A DNA stretch of 64,000 nucleotides from Macrostomum lignano (Eukaryota), in assembly GCA_002269645.1 (NCBI GenBank), contig NIVC01002831.1, positions 22,350 through 86,349 on the forward strand, read 5' to 3'. Below the pieces are notes generated by a model. The model saw nothing but the letters and a program-made list of their open reading frames with translations. It was not told where the DNA came from and ran no database searches. The stretch's first letter is position 1, and the number at the start of each line of letters is the position of its first letter. The position numbers and the translations under genes are program-made. This document shows, one piece after another, positions 13,701-23,180 of this stretch.

Positions 13701-16700
13701 GTGATCGGCGCTTTACGTTTGTATCTGATCCCGTTGATAGCGTCGGACTCCGCTGCATTCAATTTTCACATGTCACAATTCCGCTGCATTGTAACAAGTA
13801 CTTCGCAAAGTGTGCTTTGGCGCTGTAGGAATAGGAGATCTCTTCTGAGATCTCTTCTGAGCGGTTGCAGTCATTGTTGTTAAACGGGGGGAAAGAGCTA
13901 GCTTCCCGCGGATCAGCCCTGGGGGGGGGGGCTCTGCCGCTGAGTGGCACTTCCAGGGGCCTAAGCCCGAGATACCTTCCTGATTGGGCCCCGACGTCTA
14001 GGCCAGGGGGAATTTTGGGGCTACTAACCCAAACCTATGGTACAAGACACCGCCAACCCAAAACGTGGAATTTCGGTGCTAGGACCGAGTTTACCCAGGC
14101 TACCCCCCAGCAGACAAGTCCTCGGGAGTGCGCGAAAAACAGAAGCAGTTGCAGTCATTAGGGCTTGGATTGCAAGCAGAGGCAAAAGAAGAAGCGTCAA
14201 AACTTGGGGCGTCGGACGAGCTGGAGCTCAGGGAAATAATCATGTAGTGTGTGCGCACCAGGAGAGGTGGTTGCCTGGTAGCAGGCATCGTAGTACGGCA
14301 GGCCCCCGACCATCCGAGTCGCCTCGGAGAGGTGATGCCTATGACCACAGCTACATCGTTGTTAATACCGTGGCTGTCCATACCTGTTGATACGATGGGC
14401 CGCTGCTGCTGCTGCTGCTGCTGTGTGAGTGTCGTCGGGAACGATTTCCCCCCTGTCAGAGCTACTCTAGGCCACGGACTACTTAAGTATACGCTAAGGG
14501 AAATTCAGCCTCCAAAAACATTTACACGAATCCTGCGTGTCGCGTCCTTTATAAACGACAATTAAATTGTCCCGGCTCTGGGCGGGCTGACCGAAGGAAA
14601 CTTAACACTACGTCCTCATCACTCAAGCTGCTCTTGCTGCTGTCATTGTTGTTGTTATTGACCACCCACTGGGTCTCCTGGTTGTTTGACCTTCCAATGC
14701 TAACTGGCTGCTTTGTGTGAGTTGTATCGGATTTTACCGTATTTAACTAATTTTCTACTATATTCGTATGTATAAGTTTGTGAGACGTTACGAATAAAAT
14801 GATCCGTGCATTTAAAACCATTAAATACTCGAATAAGACTAATTAAGGTCGACAAAACTTATTCACCAGAAATAAGCACTGTAAAAAATATTCCAACCTG
14901 CATCACTTTCCAATTTAGAAAACGACAAACAGCTGTTGTTCACCATTGTTCCGAACGTGCACTTGGAGACTCTGGAGACATTCGAGCATCAACAAAACTA
15001 CAAAATACCTGCCGATGGATCTCTGCCTCCGGTCTACAGATCCGATCTCATCGACGAGCTTCCTCGAGCTGTGAGGCAGTCGGGAATGACCAAGATGGTC
15101 GTCGAGATGCGCAAAGACGACAATCAAGTCGTCTCCCAAGTGGTGTTCGATGTTTCCACCGACACAGAGAAGCTCGACAAAGAGAACTGGTTCTCGGAGC
15201 TTAGACTTGAGTCGTCTTATCCGTACTCGGTCGATCGGAAAGAGTTTAACTACTTTTCTCTGGAAGGCGAGAGAAGCTCAAAGCGACGCTTCTACATCAA
15301 CAACTGGCACCACGGATGCCACCGAGAGACGGGCTTCATTGTTGTGTCGGACGCGCGCGGTCACTGCGACTACGTGACTCGAGGCTGGAGGGGATCTGCT
15401 CCGACCTTGATTTACAGTCGACTACCTGGAAAGCCGTTCGAAGAGAGCGCAGGATACGCTGACAGGCTACTGATTTACCTTGCAAAGGAAGTTCCGGACC
15501 TCAGGGCCGAGTTCAAGAAGCCACTCATGATCGGTACGTTATGCTGTTAAGTTTATTGATTGGGATCACAGGATTTACGAGTACTGCGTTTTATCTGTTG
15601 GCTGATTTCTTCACAGATTGGTATATAAAAGCTTTAAAAATCTCAAAGAGTTTGCTGAAGAAACAAAATTACGATTACTTGTTGACTGTTGGAACTTTTT
15701 TATAGCTTTTTGCAGCCCCATTTGAGCTGACACGGATAAGATTTAATCCAAGGAGTTATATAGAACTCTATGACATATTCTGTCAGGCAGCCTTGCTACC
15801 ACAGACAAAAGCTGCATTATTTTGGACAACATACGAGCATATCTTGGATTACAGTGCCCAAGAATTGGCTGAAAAAAGCTAACATTTTATGAAAAAGTGC
15901 CATTATATTAATGTTTAAAAAAGTCAATTGAAAACCCTGGGTTAACCATGACTTTATTCATAGAGACAAGGCCATGTGTTCGCGGATCGATACCGACGAA
16001 AAGCTCAAGAAAAAAGAATGCAGGGAGTTGGTATACCTCGCTAGGGCTGAGCGTACACGGTCACTAACTGACAAAGAGAGATAGGTTGATGCAAAACTGT
16101 ACACGCTGAGTAAGTCCACTGGCTAGTTTAAAAGTCGCCAGCCTACAAGGACAAGACAGCTACCTATATATGCAATAGTACCTCGTAGAATGCCCTAGAA
16201 AAAATTAATTTTTTATTCAACTCTATTGACGCAGATGGCAGCAAGCAGGTGCTGTTCACGATCAAATCCAACATCAACACCGAGGCCAAGCACGCATACT
16301 CTGTCCAGCAGAACTACAAGGCTCCGATTCGTGGTTGCTCGAATGGTTTTTGACTTGTCAGAGAAGACCGACGAGATCACACTGATGAACTGGTTCTCGC
16401 GCTCTCGACTCGTCTCGTCCTATCCGTTCAAGATCGATCCGAAGCAAAGCACGAACTACTTTAGTATTGACGGAGACGCTGGTCAAAACAGACGCTTTTT
16501 CGTTTCGTTCTCTGGTGGTGGATGTGACAATGATCGAGGCTTCTGGATGGTGTCCGACAAACGTGATCCGTGCACTTGGGGCAACGAAGGCTGGAAGGGC
16601 TCGGCTCCAGTGCTGGTGTACAACAGATACCGAACTGCCACCTTTAGAAGCGGAGTGGACTATGCTGATCGATTCACGATCTACCTGACGGACTCGGTGA

Positions 16701-18121
16701 CGGAACTGCGAGAGGAGTTCAAACGGAAGGTCATGTTTGGTAGGTTTGAAGTCAGAGTCTTCATATTATTATCTCATCTGATTATCAAATGAAAGCTGTT
16801 TACCATTTTAAACATCTTAGAAAAGAGCAAGCAGCTGCTTTACACCATTATTCCGAACGTGCACTTGGAGGCTCTGACAACATTCGAGCATCAACAAAAC
16901 TACAAAATGCCTGCCGATGGGTCTCTGCCTCCGGTCTACAGATCCGATCTCATCGACGAGCTTCCTCGAGCTGTGAGGCAGTCGGGAATGACCAAGATGG
17001 TCGTCGAGATGCGCAAAGACAATAAAGTCGTCTCTCAAGTGGCATTCGATGTTTCCACCGACACAGAGAAGCTCGACAAAGAGAACTGGTTCTCGCTGTT
17101 AAGACTGTACTCATCTTACCCTTATCCAATTAGTCGGAAAGAGTTCAACTACTTTTCTTTAGAAGGGGATGCTAGCCGAAAATTCTACATCAGCAACCAC
17201 TATGGAGGTTGCACCAGAGATTCAGGCTTCATCATGGTGTCTGACTCGCGCGGCAGCTGCGACTGGGTAACTCGAGGCTGGCGAGGCTCTCCTCCGAGTC
17301 TGGCCTACAACCGAGAGCAGGGTCGATCGTTCCACGAAAGCGTGGGCTACGCGGACAGATTGATCATTTATCTGTCAAACGAGTTCCTTGACCCACGTGC
17401 CGAATACAAAAGATTTATTATTTTCGGTGAGTCGTATTTGCTTTACATTAAACGGGTTTGCCGGACCCTTTAAAGCTACTACTGACGTAGTTCATTATTA
17501 AAGCCAATGAAAGTATTATTTCATGTAGCACTCTTTAATTTCCCTCTATTTACAGAAGAATACAAGCAGCTTCTGTTCACAATCAAGGCAAATGTCGGCC
17601 GAGAGGCGCTTAACGTGTTTTCGCATAGGCAGGACTTCAAAATGCCGACAGACGGTTCGCTGCCACCAGTGTACCGCTCCGATCTCTTGGACCAGCTGGC
17701 CTTGACTGTGAAGCAGTCGGGCAAGTCAAGGATGGTTGTTGAGATGCGCGAAGGCAAGAGCGTCGTGTCGCAGGTGATTTTCAACGTTGCCAAGGATACG
17801 GACAAGTTGACTCGCGAAAACTGGTTCTCGAAGGGGCGGATCGAGTCGTCGTACCCATTTTGGATCGGCCGGACTGAATTCAGCCAGTTTTCGCTGAATG
17901 GCGACTCATCCAGAAAGCGGCATTTCTCAATCAGCAGTACGGGCGGGGGCTGTGACACCGAGCGCAGCTTCTTTGTCGTTTCGGACAAGGAAGACTCCTG
18001 TCCCTGGATTAGCGAGGGCTTCAAGGGATCTCTGCCAGTTCTGGTTTACAACTACATCCAGGATGCTCCTAGCAGAGTGGGCAGCGGCTACGCTGATCGG
18101 CTGGTAATCTACCTTATGTAG
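1624..18121 (+). CDS. Multi-exon gene for a secreted protein with nine tandem ~205-aa uncharacterised domains (1654 aa if the broken exon 8 is skipped)
   Basis: Exons 1624-1723, 4876-5499, 5579-6190, 9530-10144, 10244-10855, 12458-13072, 14919-15533, 16235-16739 (broken), 16821-17426, 17556-18121. All have GT/AG boundaries and every intron is phase 1. Without exon 8 the joined length is 4965 nt, i.e. 1655 codons including the stop. Shared motifs: [19 protein letters not shown], FSxxG, GC, CxW, YADR. Extra small exons between 1724 and 4875 cannot be excluded. Confidence 0.85.
1890..2395. repeat. 15-bp minisatellite (GTGTCTGGGTCAATC and variants) in intron 1
   Basis: Period-15 tandem repeat visible directly. 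Confidence 0.95.
3016..4374 (-). mobile_element. Full-length but decayed mariner (DD34D) transposon
   Basis: ~27-bp TIRs CGAGGGTTGTCAGAAAAGTTCTGTGTA (3016-3042 and 4348-4374, one mismatch) with TA on both sides. Transposase motifs RSGRP, WVPHLL, HDNA and YSPYLSPCD are present. The ORF is split by frameshifts and a TGA in DET*AHSWE. The CGAGGG terminus resembles Hsmar2/irritans-type TIRs. Confidence 0.95.
4876..5499 (+). CDS. Exon 2: repeat domain 1 (subtype A)
   Basis: TAG|AG GAC GGC AAG ... TTC CAC G|GTGAG; 624 nt, open. Confidence 0.9.
5579..6190 (+). CDS. Exon 3: repeat domain 2 (subtype B)
   Basis: CAG|CG GAA AGA AAA CAG CTT ... ATT GTT G|GTGCGT; 612 nt, open. Confidence 0.9.
6445..8909 (+). 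mobile_element. 5'-truncated non-LTR retrotransposon, RT + RNase H + CCHC (I-group; Loa/R1-like)
   Basis: Open frame ~6446-8821 with QGGVLTP, YADD, RNase H (TDGS...AE...TDS...WTPGH...GNELAD) and C-terminal CPFC...H...C. It has a (TAAG)n tail and a 14-bp TSD GTAAGATCTCCTTC at 6431-6444 and 8910-8923. The endonuclease domain is absent. Confidence 0.95.
9530..10144 (+). CDS. Exon 4: repeat domain 3 (subtype A)
   Basis: TTTCAG|AC GGA GAC AAG CAA ... CTG TTT G|GTGAG; 615 nt, open. Confidence 0.9.
10244..10855 (+). CDS. Exon 5: repeat domain 4 (subtype B)
   Basis: TTTTAG|AA AAA GGC AAG CAG ... ATC ATC G|GTAGG; 612 nt, open. Confidence 0.9.
11505..11656. repeat. Degenerate (TTCTCA/TTTTCTCA)n simple repeat
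   Basis: Low-complexity tract visible directly. Confidence 0.9.
12458..13072 (+). CDS. Exon 6: repeat domain 5 (subtype A)
   Basis: TTGCAG|AT GGC AGC AAG CAG ... ATG TTT G|GTAAG; 615 nt, open. Confidence 0.9.
13140..14700 (-). mobile_element. GC-rich intronic insertion, possibly a decayed zinc-finger-bearing 5' part of a retroelement
   Basis: Composition contrasts with the AT-rich introns. Minus-strand fragments are Cys/His-rich ([26 protein letters not shown]). No RT motif, TIR or TSD was found. Confidence 0.3.
14919..15533 (+). CDS. Exon 7: repeat domain 6 (subtype B)
   Basis: TTTAG|AA AAC GAC AAA CAG ... ATG ATC G|GTACGT; 615 nt, open. Confidence 0.9.
16235..16739 (+). pseudogene. Exon 8: repeat domain 7 (subtype A), near-identical to exon 6 but with a net 110-nt frameshifting deletion
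   Basis: The segment equivalent to 12551-12662 (112 nt) is replaced by TT at 16328-16329. Length is 505 nt, and read from the canonical acceptor there is a TGA at 16351-16353. Splice sites are intact. Confidence 0.85.
16821..17426 (+). CDS. Exon 9: repeat domain 8 (subtype B)
   Basis: CTTAG|AA AAG AGC AAG CAG ... ATT TTC G|GTGAG; 606 nt, open. Confidence 0.9.
17556..18121 (+). CDS. Exon 10: terminal repeat domain 9 (A-like), ending in the stop codon
   Basis: TTACAG|AA GAA TAC AAG CAG ... TAC CTT ATG TAG. No transmembrane segment or GPI-type tail is visible. Confidence 0.9.
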
Positions 18122-20041
18122 CAGGAATTAATTCTTTTCAATGTTTTAGTACAAGTTAATTAATAATTATTAAGCCCGCCTCAACATCCCGTAGTCTATC
18201 TGTGTGTAGAATATCTTAGTACTTTTTCAATAGACTTTGATAACAAACCATGTAGGACTTCACGATTTTATTGCAACTTTAGTTTAGGAAATTAGGATAT
18301 AGCTTCTATCATAAATACTGTAAACGCAATATTTTTATGAGTATATTTGACTGCCGATTCAATGAGCTTTGATTTTTAAAACAGTGTTGATTTTTTATCG
18401 TGATGACAAACCAATTTTTTATACTTTAAGTGGATGAGAATAGTTTTTGAAAATAAAGTTGACAAGGAATGAAGTTTCAATATTAAATGTTGTTTCTGAT
18501 TGTTGCTTCTATTGTAGATTAGTTTTGTGTTCCGTGTTTTTTAGTTTTTTGTAGATGAAGTTTGAAGAGAGCTATAGCTATTTTAAACCCTGCAGGTGAG
18601 AATTTTTTGGAAATGTAGTTAATATCCAATGAAGTTTTTTGTTAGACTTCAATCAATTTCGCAAATGCAGCTAAGCAATCTAAGAATGCTAGTTAGGCAT
18701 GATATCTAAAAAACGAGTAAGCGTATCTTTGCTGTCCATTGACAACGAGCGCTCAGCTAATTGTGGCTTTGGTGATAAACGCAGCTCACTGCTTTACGCC
18801 AAATGGCAACACGCAGAGTAAGCCTAAACAACTTTTTTTTTTATATTCAGCTTTGCAGCATGTACGCATAAAGTTTTTTTAGTAATTAAAGCTTGAAACT
18901 GCAAGACCGCTTGATCAAAATTTGGCGGGTCAAGGATTGTCATGTTCCTTCCCCACAGCGTTTACTGGGGGGCATCCCCACTGTCCCTAGAAGACCAGGG
19001 GTTTCACTGTATCGTATGTATACTACGCTGTGCAAATGGTAGTATTAGGAAGAGGTGTTTCTGTGATAGGCTCGTATTGTGAGACCTCTTTTGGCTTTGT
19101 TTGTCCAAGCGTCAAAGATGAGAGGTTGTTATAGTGAAAAGTTCAGTTTTCATTATAGAATTCTACTATTTTGTTTGTAAATTGCCGGTTTCTTAGTAAA
19201 CCAACTTGTCCCGTACGAAGACTTGCTATGCAACCTTGCGAACGTGTTAGCAAAGTAGCTCGGCTTACAACTGTTGTATCGATTTCTAATAAAATTACGA
19301 GCGTAAAATACCGGGCGGTATATTTCCTCAATTTCAAATCTGCGATACTGAAGAAATCAATCGATTTTACGACATCTCATCAGAGGCTCGAAAAATTAAC
19401 AATACGCTCGTAGCGACGGGACGTGTACTGTAACGCACTGCAGCAGGTTACCAGGAAACAGTTTGGATTAAGTATATGTTATTCCCCACTTGTTTTTTTA
19501 TTTTGGTCGTAGCCGAGGCCAAATAGACGCGTGTGAAGACGATTACGGCCAAAGATAAGTCAAACAAGTGGGGAATTATGTATGTATTCCCCGTTCGCCT
19601 GCCAACGCAGTCTATGTCTTAAAGTACTTCATTTATTTGCCCCGGGCAATAATTGATTTATTTCCAGCTCGCCTGGGGCAAGGAGCTCTACAATTAGCAA
19701 TCTGAAGCAGAAGCGATTTTACCTCATGAGGCCGTGCCAATTTTAAAGAATAAGGAGCTAGCACTGAATGTCTAGATGGCTCTGTCTGACTCTGTCTATG
19801 CTAGTTTGGCCTCATGAGGTAAAACAGAAAAATTCGTTTCCACTCCAGGTTGCTACGAGCTACTTCATGGATGAAGGAATAGAAAGGATCGCTCATCTAA
19901 AAGCGAGTCCCTAAGCCAAGACTCCTGAAAAATTGGGATATTCCCCCCATGAATTTTATTGGCTGCTGGAATTTAATAATAGTCCCCCCCTAAGTTCTTA
20001 ATTCCAAAGTCACGGATTAACGCGCATAGGAAAAGAATGCA

Positions 20042-21787
20042 CTATTTTAAAGACATACAAGTAACATAGCCTGACATTAAATTTGCGCTCTTTTGCGTGG
20101 TAAACAAATTTTGCCTCTTGATAGACCAGCAGTTAGTTTGTATTTTTGACGCCAATGCTTTTATGTCGAAAAAGCTTCTGGTATGCTCAACAGCCTTCCC
20201 CAAGTCTTCGTAGCCAACGAATTCACCCTTTGCTCTACTCCAACATAACTCCTTTCGCAGCTTTATCGCATCAATCACGATTACCTAATTTTTGTTCCAT
20301 ATTGATTGATTACATAGCTCCTTTATCTTTGAAACTGCCGTAGAGGACACACCAGGATCCCCGTCAACAGCGAGCTTCCATCTTCTGATGGTAGACACAG
20401 CCGGTAACTTTATAACTCGTCTGATTACAGAATACGCCTTTGGAGAACAGAAGTGCACCTGTGCGGAAAAGATGCCAATGTCCGCCAAAAATCTGCCACT
20501 CTTCCCTCTGCTCGAGTTTAGCATCATTCTTCGTCCTTCTTTCGTTAAAAAACATCTTCAGGTTTTTGCTCATATTTTCTGATTCATTTTCCAGCCGCTT
20601 AACTCTTTTCACGGTTGCATTTAGAATTTTGGTTAGCCGCTTTGAGCGCATCTTATAGTGCTGCAAATTCCTTCTAAATGCGTCAGGTACCCTTCTTTTC
20701 TTACTTTGTCTCCATTTTTTTATTTTAGGCCGCAAATTCTTCTTTGTTGAATTTGGATTTTGCATGAAAGCTGGTGAGTGCGGTGTAACTTGAGATGGGA
20801 TTGAAGCTGGCGATGGTTGCGGTGACACTTGGGGTGGGATTGAAGCTGGCGATGGTCGCGGTGACACTTGGGGTGGGATTGAAGCTGGCGATGGTTGCGG
20901 TGACACTTGGGGTGGGATTGAAGCTGGCGATGGTCGCGGTGACACTTGGGGTGGGATTGAAGCTGGCGATGGTCGCGGTGACACTTGGGGTGGGATTGAA
21001 GCTGGCGATGGTTGCGGTGACACTTGGGGTGGGATTGAAGCTGGCGATGGTTGCGGTGACACTTGGGGTGGGATTGAAGCTGGCGATGGTCGCGGTGACA
21101 CTTGGGGTGGGATTGAAGCTGGCGATGGTTGCGGTGACACTTGGGGTGGGATTGAAGCTGGCGATGGTTGCGGTGACACTTGGGGTGGGATTGACGCTGG
21201 CGATGGTTGCGGTGACACTTGGGGTGGGATTGAAGCTGGCGATGGTTGCGGTGACACTTGGGGTGGGATTGAAGCTGGCGATGGTTGCGGTGACACTTGG
21301 GGTGGGATTGACGCTGGCGATGGTTGCGGTGACACTTGGGGTGGGATTGAAGCTGGCGATGGTTGCGGTGACACTTGGGGTGGGATTGAAGCTGGCGATG
21401 GTTGCGGTGACACTTGGGGTGGGATTGACGCTGGCGATGGTTGCGGTGACACTTGGGGTGGGATTGAAGCTGGCGATGGTTGCAGTGACACTTGGGGCAG
21501 GATTGAAGCTGGAAGCTGCAGCGTAGCTGGGTATTGCATTGGTATTGCGCCAGGGTTAAGTTTTTTTTCCATTGGCGAAAGACCCTTGAGATAACAGCGA
21601 GTATGAGTCTGGAGAAAAATGTTTGTCCATTCATCCATGAGCTACTTATATGAACTCCTTGTCTGGGGCGTATAAACGGGTCCACTTTTAACCATAGACT
21701 GTGGACTGTGGGCAAGTGAGGAATATATAATATAGTTTTTGCGTTATAATTAAGAAAAGCCGTGTTCAGATTTCCAATTCTTTTCAC
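20042..21787 (-). mobile_element. Decayed THAP-domain / P-element-like (THAP9-type) transposase
   Basis: In order along the minus strand: THAP C-terminal AVP-like box (KLNPGAIP), basic coiled coil, HFCSPKAYSVIRRVIKLPAVSTIRRW, and MIDAIKLRKELCWS...FVGYEDLG. These resemble THAP9/P transposase blocks and are split across frames. Element ends were not found. Confidence 0.7.
20790..21512. repeat. 39-bp minisatellite, ~18 copies, in frame within the THAP transposase linker (PPQVSPQPSPASI)n
   Basis: Period-39 tandem repeat with few variant sites. Confidence 0.95.
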
Positions 21788-21793
21788 GGAGTA

Positions 21794-22930
21794 CGAGGGC
21801 TGCTAATAAATTCGCGGAAAAGGACATTTTAAAGTGCTGTCACTTCAAAAATTTATCTGCATCTACCCCCACCTAATGAGACTTCCCAACATACGTATTG
21901 TTTCCAGACAGATTTGACACATTTCTTCATCCGATGAAACGATACTATAATTAAAACAGTACAGTAGAGTGACAGCTTCCAGCTATGAAACTTCCAGCTC
22001 TACTCTCAGCGCCTCTGAGTCAAAGCGCCTTCCTTTGAGATTTTTCTTGATTTTTGTAAGGTGGAAGAAGTCAACAGGAGCGAGGTCGGTCGAGTAGGTT
22101 GGATGTGACAGCAGAGTCAACTGAGTCGATGTCAGAAACTCCTGCGTCACCCTGGCTCGGTGAGCTGGTGCGAATTGTAATGGTGCAGGAAAATGGTACG
22201 GTCTCTGGTCTTTGGTCGCTCCTTACGGAGGAACTCCATCACCTGCGGCAAGCAGACACCTGACTACCAGCAGCCAGTCACTTTTTAGCACCTTCCTCGA
22301 GTAGAATGGGCGGCAGGATGCCACACTGCCAAAAGAAGACTGCAGTCATGACCTTGCGGATACTCCTCTTGAGTAGAAATATAATAAGGGGCATCCTCTT
22401 CGAAGGCAATTCACTGCCTGCTGTGGGATCTTGTCTCTGGGTCATAAGTACACCCAAGTTTCATCCCCTATTAGGATGTTGTCTACCCAATTTCAAAGTC
22501 CCTGCGTCGAATTTGTTTAGTATAAAGTTCGCGAACTCAACACGAGCTTGCATCTGGGTCGTGTTCAAATAATGGGGTACCCAGCGCACAGACACCTTCG
22601 ATCCAGCTCCATGCCCAGATCGATGAACAGAAATCGCATTTGTAATGGCTGAATTCGGACGATCTTCCCGTTCACATCGTCCAGCTCCAGGCAGCCAGAA
22701 AGAAACCTTCCAAATTACTTGTCACCATCGTATGGGATGGGGGCTTCATCACTCTGCAAGCACTCGCGGAGGCAGATTAGCAAAGTCGAAACTGGAAAAG
22801 AATTGCGACTCGTCTGTCACACTCAGTCAATTACACGGTACAAGGTCTGGGGTTGTATCACTCGTTCGGCCACTGCGTCGCACATTCTTGTCAAGAGGCT
22901 GAAAATTGACATGGAAAGTTTCAACAGCCA
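21794..22930 (-). mobile_element. Second decayed mariner transposon, one TIR visible
   Basis: TA|CGAGGGCTGCTAATAAATT terminus at 21794. Minus-strand translation gives VSVRWVPHYL, a GDETW-like motif, KVMTAVFFW and HPTYSTDLAPVDFF, with many stops and frameshifts. The other end is replaced by an unrelated repeat. Confidence 0.8.
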
Positions 22931-22939
22931 TTGAAAAAA

Positions 22940-23180
22940 GAAAGCAGGGAGAGAGGTTGGTGAGGGGATAGAAATGCAACGAGCGAGAGCGACGAGGATG
23001 GAGCTGCAGAAGGCCACGCAGAAGGGATGGGACTGGGAGGGGGAAGAGGATGGATAGAAGTGGAAAATGGGTAGAGTTGGGACAACACTGGCAATGCTAC
23101 TGTCGTCGAATAAGAAATTTTCCTATTGCTGTCCATCTTGCGCTTTTAATGAAGTCTTTATTGACACTACAGTTTTTGCA
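22940..23180 (-). repeat. ~240-bp dispersed repeat, copy 1 (inverted relative to 41658-41898)
   Basis: Near-identical reverse complement of 41658-41898. Confidence 0.9.

Noticed and set aside
14587-14601. CTGACCGA...GAAAC resembling a hammerhead ribozyme core
   Set aside because: Spacing does not fit CUGANGA and there is no room for stem II before GAAA.
20720-21787. Cys/His-rich ORF (HPKCHRNHRQLQS)n suggesting a metal-binding protein
   Set aside because: Alternative reading frame of the 39-bp minisatellite.
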